Shown here piece after piece: positions 27,353 through 37,188 of a DNA stretch of 64,000 nt. Source of the DNA: Bacteroidota bacterium (lineage in GTDB: Bacteria > Bacteroidota > Bacteroidia > Bacteroidales > UBA12077). Position numbers and translations under genes: made by a program. The notes beneath the pieces are model-generated. The model was given only the letters and a program-made list of their open reading frames with translations. It had not been told where the DNA came from and did no database searches. The first letter of the stretch is position 1. The number at the start of each line of letters is the position of its first letter. The stretch covers positions 88,004 to 152,003 of the forward strand of contig JAHLLG010000005.1 in assembly GCA_020444275.1 (NCBI GenBank). Direction: 5' to 3'.

Positions 27353-29221
27353 TTAAGCTGACAATAAAGGTAGTTTAAAAATTACTTTTGTGCCAACAGG
27401 ATTGTTATTATTGTTTTTTAAATCAATGATATCAAATAATATTTCGCGTTTGTAAGTTTTTTTTATTGATTTTATTCGTTGATTCGTAATTTCTGTTGCA
27501 AACGATTTATGATCTTTTGTGGTCTTTTTTAATGCACTTTCTCTGCCAATGCCATCATCAACTATTTCAATGTATAAGTTGTTTCTCTCTTCTCTAAATT
27601 TAATATCGATGGTTCCTTTTTGTTCTTCTTTTTTCATAATTCCGTGCTCAATGGCATTTTCAATAAATGGTTGCAAAAGCATTGGAGGAATTGCTAAATC
27701 TTCTGTATCAAAATCTTCTTTACCTTGAATGTTGTAAACTAATTTTCCATCTAATCTCAATTTCTGCAAATTAAGATAATCTTCGAGTGTCTGAAATTCG
27801 GTTTCCAGCGGAACAAGTTCTTCTCTTGAATTTTGCAATATAGAACGCATTAGTTTTGCAAAACTCGACAAGTATGAACTTGCTTCAAGCGAACGGTTTT
27901 TTACAATGTAATGCTGAATAGCCGAAATAGCATTAAAAATAAAGTGTGGGTTCATTTGCGATCGCAAAAGCTTTTGCTCTAATTTAATATTTTCATTTTT
28001 AACCTGAAGTCTGCTGTTTCTGATTGCTAAAATTAATCCACCGGAGATTACAAATAATATAACTATGATGCCAGCGTAAATAATGTTCGCTTTTTGAAGT
28101 TTTAACTGTTGTATTTTGTTTTCATTTTCAAGATTCTCTATTTTTTGTTGTTTCTTTTCTGTTTGGTATATGGTTTCAAGCTTTTGCATCTGAGAAGTTT
28201 TTTCAGAATCGAAAATGCTATCTTTAAGTTCATAGGCTAGTGTTTGATACTCATACGCTTTCTTATTATTGTTCTTCTCTGAATAATAGAATGCTAATTG
28301 ATGATAACCTTTCATTGTATTCCCTACGAGTTCTAACTTTATAGATTCATCAACTAATTTTTGAATATATTTAATGGCTTGGTCATAGTCCTTCTTTTGT
28401 TTATAAAGTTCTCCGGTATATAAATAAGCTTCTAAAAGAACCTGTGAGTTAACTAATCCTAGATGGGGTACCTGCAGTAAATATTCTTCAGCTTTGTCAA
28501 GTTTCCCAAGTTTTATGTAAGATGAGCCCACATATACATAAGAGTCAGCCAGGTAACTGGATGCGTTTATTTCTTTAGCTAGTGCTATTACTTCTTCAAA
28601 TTCAGCAATACATTCCTCATATTTTTTTTGTTCATGAAGAATGATCGCTTTATTTAATTTACAACCACAAATTCCTTCTTTTATACCTAACTTTTCATAC
28701 TGCTCAATAGCTTTATCAATATATTCATAGCCGAGTTCATATTCTTTAATGTTAATATAAATTCCGGATAAACTCATGTATGCTCCGCCCAGTGCCAATA
28801 TCTTATTATGCTTTTCAAAATACTCTAACGATTCATGAATATATTCAAGTGCTAAAGAGTAAGCGCTTAGGTGCGTATAAACGGCACCAATTGATAACTT
28901 AAGAGCGGCGACACCGTATTCAAAATTTAATTCCTTATATAGGTTTAATGATCTATTATAATATTCTAAAGCCTCAGTAAAGTTTCCAATTTGTTTCTGA
29001 AAAATACCCATTTGACCAATGCAATCAGCATATCCTCTTGGATAATTAATTTCTTCACATTCGTTGGCTAATATCTGGAGTTCCTGCAGGGCAGAATCTT
29101 GATCTGTTAAAAATGTAATTTTAATTTGATCGATTCTGGTTTTGTAGTATGCTGTATCAATAGTATTTGAGTAACTATGGTATGCAATAATAGAAAAAAT
29201 AAGAAGAATTATTTTTTTCAT
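27353..29221 (-). CDS. TPR-repeat sensor histidine kinase (LytS/His_kinase type)
   Basis: Signal peptide, about 330 aa of extracytoplasmic TPRs, one TM (IIYAGIIVILFVISGGLILAI), then MNPHFIFNAISAIQHYI and an HATPase region. Confidence 0.85.
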   Translation of the reverse strand: MKKIILLIFSIIAYHSYSNTIDTAYYKTRIDQIKITFLTDQDSALQELQILANECEEINYPRGYADCIGQMGIFQKQIGNFTEALEYYNRSLNLYKELNFEYGVAALKLSIGAVYTHLSAYSLALEYIHESLEYFEKHNKILALGGAYMSLSGIYINIKEYELGYEYIDKAIEQYEKLGIKEGICGCKLNKAIILHEQKKYEECIAEFEEVIALAKEINASSYLADSYVYVGSSYIKLGKLDKAEEYLLQVPHLGLVNSQVLLEAYLYTGELYKQKKDYDQAIKYIQKLVDESIKLELVGNTMKGYHQLAFYYSEKNNNKKAYEYQTLAYELKDSIFDSEKTSQMQKLETIYQTEKKQQKIENLENENKIQQLKLQKANIIYAGIIVILFVISGGLILAIRNSRLQVKNENIKLEQKLLRSQMNPHFIFNAISAIQHYIVKNRSLEASSYLSSFAKLMRSILQNSREELVPLETEFQTLEDYLNLQKLRLDGKLVYNIQGKEDFDTEDLAIPPMLLQPFIENAIEHGIMKKEEQKGTIDIKFREERNNLYIEIVDDGIGRESALKKTTKDHKSFATEITNQRIKSIKKTYKREILFDIIDLKNNNNNPVGTKVIFKLPLLSA

Positions 29222-29300
29222 GTTTTTTAATTAAAGGTTCTGTTAATTAAATTTCCTAAGCGATTTCCTATATTTACATGTTAAAGTAAAACAAATTCAC

Positions 29301-29885
29301 ATGAAATTCAACTTATTCTTTTATACGGCTCTGTGTATCTTTTCATTTGCTTGCAATTCTAGAAGTCCTAAAACAGAAATTGAAATAAAAACCGAGTCAG
29401 GGTCAATTGTGGCAGAATTATATCCTGATAAAGCTCCGGTAACATGTGAGAATTTCTTAAAGTATATTCGAAACAATAAACTGGAAGGATCAAAATTTTA
29501 TCGTGTGGTTCGAATGGATAATCAGCCAAAGAACGATGTGAAAATTGAAGTAATACAGGGTGGCTTAGGATTTGAGGTGGAGGAATCTCCTTATCCTCCT
29601 ATACAACATGAAACTACCAAAGAAACGGGAGTGTTACACGAAGATGGAACGTTATCCATGGCCAGGGCAGAACCCGGAACCGCCAGTTCCGAATTTTTTA
29701 TTTGTATTGGAGATCAACCGGAATTAGATTTTGGTGGCAAAAGAAATCCCGATGGACAAGGCTTTGCAGCGTTCGGAAAAGTGACCAAAGGAATGGATAT
29801 TGTTAAAAAAATACAAATACAACCAGATGAAGGTCAGATGCTGATTGATCCGGTTAAAATTTTATCTATTAAGATTTTAGAATAA
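29301..29885 (+). CDS. cyclophilin-type peptidyl-prolyl cis-trans isomerase, lipoprotein
   Basis: Motifs APVTCENFLKY, FYRVV, LSMARA and SEFFIC. Lipobox IFSFACNS. Confidence 0.85.
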   Translation: MKFNLFFYTALCIFSFACNSRSPKTEIEIKTESGSIVAELYPDKAPVTCENFLKYIRNNKLEGSKFYRVVRMDNQPKNDVKIEVIQGGLGFEVEESPYPPIQHETTKETGVLHEDGTLSMARAEPGTASSEFFICIGDQPELDFGGKRNPDGQGFAAFGKVTKGMDIVKKIQIQPDEGQMLIDPVKILSIKILE

Positions 29886-29952
29886 AAAATAAAAGATATG
29901 TAATAATTTTTAGTGATTACCTACTAACTTTTCAAAACGAATTATATTAGTC

Positions 29953-30462
29953 TTGAGTAATAGAAGTTTAAAAGAAGAGTTTGTTTCATTAATCGAACAA
30001 CACCAAGGAATTATTTATAAGGTTTCCAGAATGTATTGCGATCAGGAGGAGTGTCGTAGTGATCTTTTCCAGGATATTCTTTTACAATTGTGGAAATCAT
30101 ACCCATCGTTTAACAGGAAATCGAAATTTTCAACCTGGATGTATCGTGTGGCGCTGAATACAGCAATTGCTCAGTTTAGAAAAGATAAAAATAGTACAGA
30201 AGATTGCAAATCGGAAATTCCTGTAAATATTCCCGAAGAGCAAACATACCAGGATCAGGAAGAACGAAGAGTGATAGTTCAAAAAGCTATCAGTAAACTA
30301 AACAAAGCCGAAAAGGCTGTTATTATTCTTTATATGGATGATTATCCATACGAAGAGATAGCAGAAATAACAGGAATGACCATTTCAAATGTGGGAGTAA
30401 AGATCAATCGGATTAAGACCAAATTACAGAAAATATTAAGGGAGCTAGAATATGGACTTTAA
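29953..30462 (+). CDS. ECF-type RNA polymerase sigma-70 factor
   Basis: Region 2 (DLFQDILLQLWKSYPSF, FSTWMYRVALNTAI) and region 4 (YEEIAEITGMTISNVGVKINRIKTKL). The apparent start is TTG. Confidence 0.8.
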   Translation: MSNRSLKEEFVSLIEQHQGIIYKVSRMYCDQEECRSDLFQDILLQLWKSYPSFNRKSKFSTWMYRVALNTAIAQFRKDKNSTEDCKSEIPVNIPEEQTYQDQEERRVIVQKAISKLNKAEKAVIILYMDDYPYEEIAEITGMTISNVGVKINRIKTKLQKILRELEYGL

Positions 30463-31087
30463 TGATATAAAAAGAACCTGGAAAAATACAATACAATCAG
30501 ATCAACACCTCAATAAGCATGATATTGAGACCAGGTTAAAAATAAAATCTGATTCTAATACTGCACTCAATAAAGTCAAACGCAATTATAAAATTGAGTT
30601 ATACGTGAGTAGTATTTTAGCTATATTGTTTATGGCCTGGATCTATATGAGTATCCCCAAAAATTATAAGTATTTACTGATTTTAGCTACAGTTATATTT
30701 TTTGGAGTGCTAATTTCATTTACCAGGCGTAATTATAAACGAATAAAGCATACGGTAATATCATCCGATCAATTAAAATCTGCATTAGTACAAACTATTC
30801 ATGATATTGAAAAATACGTTGATTTTAATCGAAGTAATTTCACAAAATATTTGCTCATGCCATTTGCAATTAGTTTTGGAATGATTATAGGACTGCTGAT
30901 CGGCGCTGGGGATGAACCTTTAAGAAATATTTTTGCCTTGAATGAAGTTATTAAACTGGCTATTGCATTGGTTATTATGTCCGGGATTTTTATCCCTTTC
31001 TCACAATATTTGACAAAGAAGATGTATAAACAGCATTTAGATGAACTAAAGCAGTGTTTACAAGAATTTCAAGAAATAGAACATTAA
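30452..31087 (+). CDS. polytopic membrane protein, candidate anti-sigma factor
   Basis: Overlaps the sigma gene by 11 nt and has about 4 predicted TM segments. No recognised anti-sigma motif. Confidence 0.45.
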   Translation: MDFNDIKRTWKNTIQSDQHLNKHDIETRLKIKSDSNTALNKVKRNYKIELYVSSILAILFMAWIYMSIPKNYKYLLILATVIFFGVLISFTRRNYKRIKHTVISSDQLKSALVQTIHDIEKYVDFNRSNFTKYLLMPFAISFGMIIGLLIGAGDEPLRNIFALNEVIKLAIALVIMSGIFIPFSQYLTKKMYKQHLDELKQCLQEFQEIEH

Positions 31088-31114
31088 CATAAGTACAAAT
31101 TAAATTATAAAAGT

Positions 31115-31993
31115 ATGGAAGAAAAGAAGAACCGAGAGCCTGCAATTAAAAGCGGATGGGCAAGGGCAATCTTAATGATTTTATCCTATTTAGTGGCAAG
31201 TATAATTATTCAAGGTATAGCAGGAGTTATCATTGCTGTGGTAACTAAAACAAACATGATGGAACTGCAAAGTGTATTACAAGATCCTAATAATTTGGGT
31301 ATAATGTTTAGCATGCAGTTTGTTGGTTTATTAATTGCCTTCGGTGTAATCTATATTTACCGAAAATTTATTGATCGTAAAACTATTTTTTCCCTGGGTT
31401 TTGAAGTAAAAAATAAAACCATGGATATGATTATGGGAATGGTAGTTGGATTCGGATTAATGCTCATTGGATTTTTAGCACTTAAATTTACAAATCATCT
31501 TGAAGTTACTGATATTCAGTATAGCTCGAAAGTAGTGTTTGGTGGTTTCTTCTTTTTTATTTTAGTGGCCATTGCCGAAGAAATTATATTCAGAGGATAT
31601 GTGCTTACCAATTTCATGGATTCGTTTAAAAACAAATACTTAGCACTGTTCTTATCTTCGTTGTTATTTGCTATTTTCCATGGATTAAATCCAAATTTGA
31701 GTTTAGTGGGATTTATTAATCTTGTAGTTGCCGGATTAGCATTAGGTATAACTTATATTCACACAAAAAACCTTTGGTTTCCAATATTTTTACATTTAAG
31801 CTGGAACTACTTTCAGGGGCCAATTTTTGGATTCGAAGTTAGTGGCCTTAATTTTAATTCTGTAATTCATCAGGAAGTAGTCGGTAGCGATTTAATAACA
31901 GGAGGGAATTTCGGGTTTGAAGGATCCATACTAATTACTGTATTACTAATAGGAATGATTGTTGTTACAGACAGATTGTTAGCAAAAAAGTAG
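31115..31993 (+). CDS. CPBP-family (CAAX) intramembrane glutamic protease
   Basis: Motifs EEIIFRGY, FAIFHG and HLSWN in a polytopic membrane protein. Confidence 0.8.
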   Translation: MEEKKNREPAIKSGWARAILMILSYLVASIIIQGIAGVIIAVVTKTNMMELQSVLQDPNNLGIMFSMQFVGLLIAFGVIYIYRKFIDRKTIFSLGFEVKNKTMDMIMGMVVGFGLMLIGFLALKFTNHLEVTDIQYSSKVVFGGFFFFILVAIAEEIIFRGYVLTNFMDSFKNKYLALFLSSLLFAIFHGLNPNLSLVGFINLVVAGLALGITYIHTKNLWFPIFLHLSWNYFQGPIFGFEVSGLNFNSVIHQEVVGSDLITGGNFGFEGSILITVLLIGMIVVTDRLLAKK

Positions 31994-32082
31994 AAACCTT
32001 AAAGTGATAAAAGAGTGGTTGTTCATTGAATTCAAAATGAGAATTTTTTGAGCAACCTTTTTATTTTAATTGCTTTAAAGTT

Positions 32083-32090
32083 TATTTTTG
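32083..32090 (+). promoter_or_regulatory. -7 box TAttTTTG
   Basis: Exact TAnnTTTG, 30 nt upstream of the 32120 ATG. Confidence 0.45.
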
Positions 32091-32119
32091 TTAGGTAAAA
32101 CAACCAATCGTTTATTACC

Positions 32120-32572
32120 ATGAGTAAAAAAGAAAGTATTCAGCGGTTTCTTGAACCAAAGAAAATAGCTATAGCCGGAGTGTCAGCAAACCCTAAAAAG
32201 TTTGGCTATACCATATTTAATGATCTTCGTAAAAAAGGATTCGATATTTGTCCGATCAATCTGAAAGTAGACGAAATTGATGGTATAAAATGTTACTCCT
32301 CAGTTAGCGAAGTGCCCGAAGAGTATAAAAAACTATTTATTGTTACGCCAAAAGAGGCTACTGATCAGGTGTTGAAAGAAGCCGTTCAAAAGGGAATTAA
32401 CCATGTTTGGATACAGCAAACAGCAAATACTAAGGAATCTGCTGCGATAGCCGAAGAAAACAACATCGATTTAATCGAAAAAGAATGTATCTATATGTTT
32501 GCCGATCCGGTTGGTGGTATTCATAAGTTCCATCGAACCATTAATAAGATATTTGGTTTATTACCAAAATAA
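32120..32572 (+). CDS. CoA-binding domain protein
   Basis: KKIAIAGVSANPKKFGY Rossmann-like N-terminus typical of the CoA_binding_2 family. Confidence 0.7.
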   Translation: MSKKESIQRFLEPKKIAIAGVSANPKKFGYTIFNDLRKKGFDICPINLKVDEIDGIKCYSSVSEVPEEYKKLFIVTPKEATDQVLKEAVQKGINHVWIQQTANTKESAAIAEENNIDLIEKECIYMFADPVGGIHKFHRTINKIFGLLPK

Positions 32573-32641
32573 ATGACAAACTCTGTTTCTGTGAGGAATT
32601 TATTTTACTATGTTTGCAACATTAAATTCAAGTTTATAAAA

Positions 32642-33121
32642 ATGAAGAAATTATTATTGGTTGTTTTTTCGATTGCTATTTTAGCATCATGTGATGATGA
32701 CGAAACGGTTAGATTAACTTATGAAGAACAGTTAAAGGTCGATATCGAAAAGATCGAAAATTATTTAGATCAGAAAGGTCTTACAGCAGATTCTACAGGA
32801 TCAGGATTATTTTATATCATTGATGAGGAGGGAACCGGAAGTACACCAACAGTAGATTCACTGGTTTCTGTTCAGTATGTGGGTAAATTTTTAGAAACTG
32901 AAGAAGTTTTTGATAGCGGTACAACCGAATATTATCCTTTAAGAGGTTTTATTTATGGATGGAGAGAAGGTATTACTTTGTTTAAAGAAGGTGGTTCTGG
33001 CACTTTATTTATACCCTCAGGACTAGGATATGGTGCAATGGATTATTATTCCATACCTGCCAATTCTGTTCTTATCTATGAAATTAAATTAATTGATGTT
33101 AAAAATGAAATTGTTGATTAA
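32642..33121 (+). CDS. FKBP-type peptidyl-prolyl isomerase, lipoprotein (paralogue 1)
   Basis: Lipobox AILASCDDD and FKBP core (V.VQYVGKFLETEEVFDSG, GW.EG...KEGG.GTLFIPS.LGYG). I set the start at MKKLLLV. Confidence 0.85.
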   Translation: MKKLLLVVFSIAILASCDDDETVRLTYEEQLKVDIEKIENYLDQKGLTADSTGSGLFYIIDEEGTGSTPTVDSLVSVQYVGKFLETEEVFDSGTTEYYPLRGFIYGWREGITLFKEGGSGTLFIPSGLGYGAMDYYSIPANSVLIYEIKLIDVKNEIVD

Positions 33122-33184
33122 TGCATAATAGTTTCAGTAAAACTGCGTTAAATAGAAAATATTAATTGAGTTTAAAAAGATAAA

Positions 33185-33652
33185 ATGAAAAAAATACTAT
33201 TTCTTATTACATTTTTAATAATGCTTTTTGCCGCATGTAACGACGATACCGACTCGTTAAGTTATGAAGAGCAACTTGCCGTTGATATTCAAAAAATTGA
33301 AGATTACCTTGAAGCCAATAATCTAACTGCTGAGTCGTTAGAGTCCGGATTACATTATATTATTGAAGAACAAGGTACAGGAGATTATCCAACAGAAGAC
33401 TCAACTATAATGGTAAGTTATGCAGGGTTATTTTTAAATGAAGATACATTTGATGCGGGAGATTCAATTGAAATGGTTCTGGGAAGCACAATTCTAGGTT
33501 GGAGAAAGGGTTTGCCAAAATTTAAAGAAGGCGCAACAGGGCATCTTTTTATTCCTTCGTCAATGGGTTATGGAGTTTATGGCGATGGAGCTATTCCCGG
33601 TAATACCGTTTTGCATTTTGATTTACATTTAATAGAAGTTTCGAGTGATTAA
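33185..33652 (+). CDS. FKBP-type peptidyl-prolyl isomerase, lipoprotein (paralogue 2)
   Basis: Lipobox LFAACNDD. Same architecture as the preceding gene, including the shared SYEEQL..DI.KIE.YL N-domain. Confidence 0.85.
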   Translation: MKKILFLITFLIMLFAACNDDTDSLSYEEQLAVDIQKIEDYLEANNLTAESLESGLHYIIEEQGTGDYPTEDSTIMVSYAGLFLNEDTFDAGDSIEMVLGSTILGWRKGLPKFKEGATGHLFIPSSMGYGVYGDGAIPGNTVLHFDLHLIEVSSD

Positions 33653-33681
33653 ACCGTAGTTTGATAAATTATATAAAAGTA

Positions 33682-33715
33682 ATGCCGTCTCTGGAGTATT
33701 GAGACGGCATTTTTC
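33682..33715. terminator. terminator between the convergent FKBP and thiL genes
   Basis: 10-bp stem atgccgtctc / gagacggcat (33682-33691 / 33701-33710) followed by a T-run. Confidence 0.7.
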
Positions 33716-33717
33716 TA

Positions 33718-34764
33718 TTATTTAGATTTCATTTGATTCCATCCCTGTGCTTGCAGCGGAATGCTTTGCCCCGCTGTAGTTATAAGAACAGCACCATGCT
33801 TTTTATCTGCAATATGACCTATCGGATGAATGAGTTCATGATCTTTTACTTTATCCAAATCATTCATATCTATTGTAAACAGCAGTTCGTAGTCTTCTCC
33901 ACCATTAAGTGCAGCAATCAATGGTTCAATTTTAAATTCTTCGGCCATTTGCGAAGTTTCTCCATCTATTGGAATTTTGTCCTGAAAGATCTTACATCCT
34001 ACATTTGATTTATTGCAAATGTGTAATACTTCAGATGACAAACCATCTGAAATATCAATCATAGAGGTTGGTTTTATCTTATTTGTTGCAAAAAACTCAA
34101 TAATATCTTTTCTTGCTTCGGGTTTTAACTGGCGTTGTAAAATATAGTCGTATCCTTCCAGGCTGGGTTGAGCAGAAGGATTAGAGCTGAAAATTTCTTT
34201 TTCTCGCTCCAAAAGTTGTAAGCCCATATAAGCGCTTCCAAGGTTTCCGGTAACACAAACAATATCGTTTGGTTTAGCTGTATTTCTGTAGGCTATTTCT
34301 TCTTTTTTTGCTTCACCAATGGCTGTAACGCTAATAGCTAATCCGGTGAACGATGAGCTTGTATCACCTCCAATTAAATCAACGTTATACGTGTCGCATG
34401 CCAGTTTAATACCTTCATAAATTTGTTCAACATGTTCAACGGCAAATTTACCGGATATGGCTATAGAAACCGTAATTTGTTTTGGCGTTGCATTCATCGC
34501 ATAAACATCCGATAAATTAACAACGACAGCTTTGTAACCTAAATGTTTTAATGGCATGTATATCAAGTTAAAGTGAATGCCTTCAACCAGTAAATCGGTA
34601 GTTACAACCGAACAGGTTTTTCCATGATCTATTACAGCGGCATCATCACCAACTCCTTTAAGTGTACTTGAATGTTTAATTTTGATGTCTTTGGTTATGT
34701 GATCTATTAATCCAAACTCCCCTAATTCCGATATTTCCGTTAACTTTTGCTTTTTTTCACTCAT
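33718..34764 (-). CDS. thiL: thiamine-monophosphate kinase
   Basis: AIR-synthase-like fold motifs: GVGDDAAV, TTDLLVEGIHF, NLSDVYAM and IGGDTSSS. Confidence 0.9.
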   Translation of the reverse strand: MSEKKQKLTEISELGEFGLIDHITKDIKIKHSSTLKGVGDDAAVIDHGKTCSVVTTDLLVEGIHFNLIYMPLKHLGYKAVVVNLSDVYAMNATPKQITVSIAISGKFAVEHVEQIYEGIKLACDTYNVDLIGGDTSSSFTGLAISVTAIGEAKKEEIAYRNTAKPNDIVCVTGNLGSAYMGLQLLEREKEIFSSNPSAQPSLEGYDYILQRQLKPEARKDIIEFFATNKIKPTSMIDISDGLSSEVLHICNKSNVGCKIFQDKIPIDGETSQMAEEFKIEPLIAALNGGEDYELLFTIDMNDLDKVKDHELIHPIGHIADKKHGAVLITTAGQSIPLQAQGWNQMKSK

Positions 34765-34835
34765 CTTAAAAATTGATATTTATCATTAATAAAAAAGATT
34801 AAACAATGATGCTTTATTAGTTGTTAGATTTTAAA

Positions 34836-34843
34836 TATATTTG
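34836..34843 (+). promoter_or_regulatory. -7 box TAtaTTTG of the suf operon
   Basis: Exact TAnnTTTG, 67 nt upstream of the sufB ATG. Confidence 0.5.
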
Positions 34844-34909
34844 TACCCAATTTAGAATTAATCTATTTAAAATTAGATTAACTTTTTTGGTTAGAATTTT
34901 TGCAAAGTT

Positions 34910-36358
34910 ATGGAAAAAGATCAAGATAAAATATTAAATGAAGTAACGCAGGGAGAATATAAATACGGGTTTGTTACAGATATTGAAGCAGAATCGATTC
35001 CTAAAGGTTTGAACGAAGATGTGGTTCGCATGATATCGCAAAAGAAAAACGAACCGGAATTTATGTTAGAGTTCAGGTTAAAAGCTTTTCGACATTGGCA
35101 GACATTGAAAATGCCAGAGTGGGCTCATTTGAAAATACCTGAAATTGATTACCAGGATATTATTTATTATTCAGCTCCAAAGCAGAAGCCAAAGCTGGAA
35201 AGTATGGACGATGTGGATCCAGAATTGAAAGAAACATTCGACAAACTGGGAATTCCACTTGACGAACAAAAAAGACTAGCGGGGGTTGCTGTTGATGCCG
35301 TAATGGATAGTGTTTCTGTTAAAACTACATTCAAAGAAAACCTGGCTGAACTAGGTATTATATTTTGTTCATTCAGCGAAGCGGTTCAGGAACATCCCGA
35401 TTTAGTAAAAAAATATATGGGATCAGTTGTTCCTTATACCGATAATTATTTCGCCGCCTTGAATTCAGCTGTGTTTAGTGATGGATCATTCTGCTATATT
35501 CCAAAAGGTGTTCGATGCCCAATGGAATTATCAACGTATTTTAGAATTAACGCAGCAAATACAGGACAGTTTGAGCGCACATTGATTGTTGCCGACGACG
35601 ATTCGTATGTAAGTTACCTGGAAGGTTGTACTGCTCCGCAGCGCGATGAAAACCAGCTACACGCTGCAATTGTAGAAATCGTTGCAATGCGAAATTCAGA
35701 GGTAAAATATTCAACAGTACAGAATTGGTATCCTGGAGACAAAAACGGAAAGGGAGGCATTTATAACTTTGTAACAAAGCGTGGCAAATGTGCAGGTGAA
35801 AACTCAAAAATTTCTTGGACTCAGGTAGAGACCGGATCGGCTGTTACCTGGAAATATCCAAGTTGTATTCTATTAGGCGATAATTCTTCGGGCGAGTTCT
35901 ACTCGGTTGCTGTAACCAATAATCATCAGCAGGCCGATACCGGTACAAAGATGATTCATATTGGTAAGAATACAAAGAGTGTTATCGTATCAAAAGGAAT
36001 CTCAGCAGGATTTAGCGAAAACAGTTATCGTGGATTAGTGAAGGTGGTAAAGAATGCCAAAAATGCACGAAATTTTTCGCAATGCGATAGCTTACTTTTA
36101 GGCGATAAATGCGGAGCGCATACATTTCCTTATATTGAAGTTGATAATAAAGATTCTGTTGTTGAACACGAAGCAACTACCTCTAAAATTGGTGAAGATC
36201 AGATTTTTTATTGTAATCAGCGAGGTATTAAAACCGAAGATGCAATTGGGCTTATTGTGAATGGTTATGCAAAAGAAGTATTAAATAAATTACCAATGGA
36301 ATTTGCAGTTGAAGCTCAGAAGTTATTGCAAATTAGTTTGGAAGGCAGTGTAGGATAG
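34910..36358 (+). CDS. sufB: Fe-S cluster assembly scaffold SufB
   Basis: 482 aa, typical SufB C-terminal beta-helix region, first gene of the sufBCDS order. Confidence 0.95.
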   Translation: MEKDQDKILNEVTQGEYKYGFVTDIEAESIPKGLNEDVVRMISQKKNEPEFMLEFRLKAFRHWQTLKMPEWAHLKIPEIDYQDIIYYSAPKQKPKLESMDDVDPELKETFDKLGIPLDEQKRLAGVAVDAVMDSVSVKTTFKENLAELGIIFCSFSEAVQEHPDLVKKYMGSVVPYTDNYFAALNSAVFSDGSFCYIPKGVRCPMELSTYFRINAANTGQFERTLIVADDDSYVSYLEGCTAPQRDENQLHAAIVEIVAMRNSEVKYSTVQNWYPGDKNGKGGIYNFVTKRGKCAGENSKISWTQVETGSAVTWKYPSCILLGDNSSGEFYSVAVTNNHQQADTGTKMIHIGKNTKSVIVSKGISAGFSENSYRGLVKVVKNAKNARNFSQCDSLLLGDKCGAHTFPYIEVDNKDSVVEHEATTSKIGEDQIFYCNQRGIKTEDAIGLIVNGYAKEVLNKLPMEFAVEAQKLLQISLEGSVG

Positions 36359-36396
36359 AACATAATGTTAATTAAAAATATTTATTAGATAAGATC

Positions 36397-37149
36397 ATGC
36401 TAAGTATTAAAAATTTACATGCAAGTATAGAAGGTAAAGAAATCCTTAAAGGGATCGATTTAGAAGTTAAACCGGGTGAAGTTCATGCCATTATGGGGCC
36501 AAATGGTTCGGGTAAAAGTACGTTGGCATCTGTTCTTGCAGGAAGAGAGCTGTTTGAAGTGACGGAAGGCAAGGTGAAGTATTTCGGGAAGGATCTTTTT
36601 GATTTGTCACCAGAAGAACGCGCAAGCGAAGGTATTTTCTTAGGATTTCAGTATCCAATTGAGATTCCGGGTGTAAGTATGGTTAATTTTATGAAAACTG
36701 CTGTTAACGAACAGCGTAAGCATAAAGGGTTAGAGCCTATGTCTTCGTCAGATTTTCTAAAGTTAATGCGTGAAAAGAAGGAGTTGGTTGAGTTGGATGC
36801 TGCTTTAGCAAATCGCTCTGTAAATGAAGGATTTTCTGGTGGCGAGAAAAAGAGAAATGAAATATTTCAGATGGCTATGTTAGAACCTAAACTCTCGATT
36901 TTGGATGAAACCGACTCAGGATTAGATATTGATGCCTTACGTATTGTGGCTAATGGTGTGAATAAATTAAAATCGGCCGATAATGCTACAATAGTTATTA
37001 CACACTATCAGAGATTACTTGACTATATCGTTCCTGATTATGTTCATGTACTTTATAATGGTAAAATAATTAAATCTGGCGGTAAAGATCTGGCTCTTGA
37101 ATTGGAAGAAAAGGGATATGATTGGCTAAAGAAGGGCGAAACTGTATAA
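36397..37149 (+). CDS. sufC: Fe-S cluster assembly ATPase SufC
   Basis: Walker A GPNGSGKST, signature FSGGEKKR and Walker B ILDETDSGLD. Confidence 0.95.
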   Translation: MLSIKNLHASIEGKEILKGIDLEVKPGEVHAIMGPNGSGKSTLASVLAGRELFEVTEGKVKYFGKDLFDLSPEERASEGIFLGFQYPIEIPGVSMVNFMKTAVNEQRKHKGLEPMSSSDFLKLMREKKELVELDAALANRSVNEGFSGGEKKRNEIFQMAMLEPKLSILDETDSGLDIDALRIVANGVNKLKSADNATIVITHYQRLLDYIVPDYVHVLYNGKIIKSGGKDLALELEEKGYDWLKKGETV

Positions 37150-37188
37150 AAGTTTTAGCGCTATTGTCGGATTTTAAAAAGCAAACAT

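Noticed and set aside
29227-29251. Direct repeat TTAATTAAA x2 upstream of the sensor kinase gene as a second LytTR site (autoregulation)
   Set aside because: It lacks the GTT core of the LytTR motif. The spacing is 16 bp rather than 21-22, and the sequence is a pure AT palindrome expected by chance in this AT-rich spacer.
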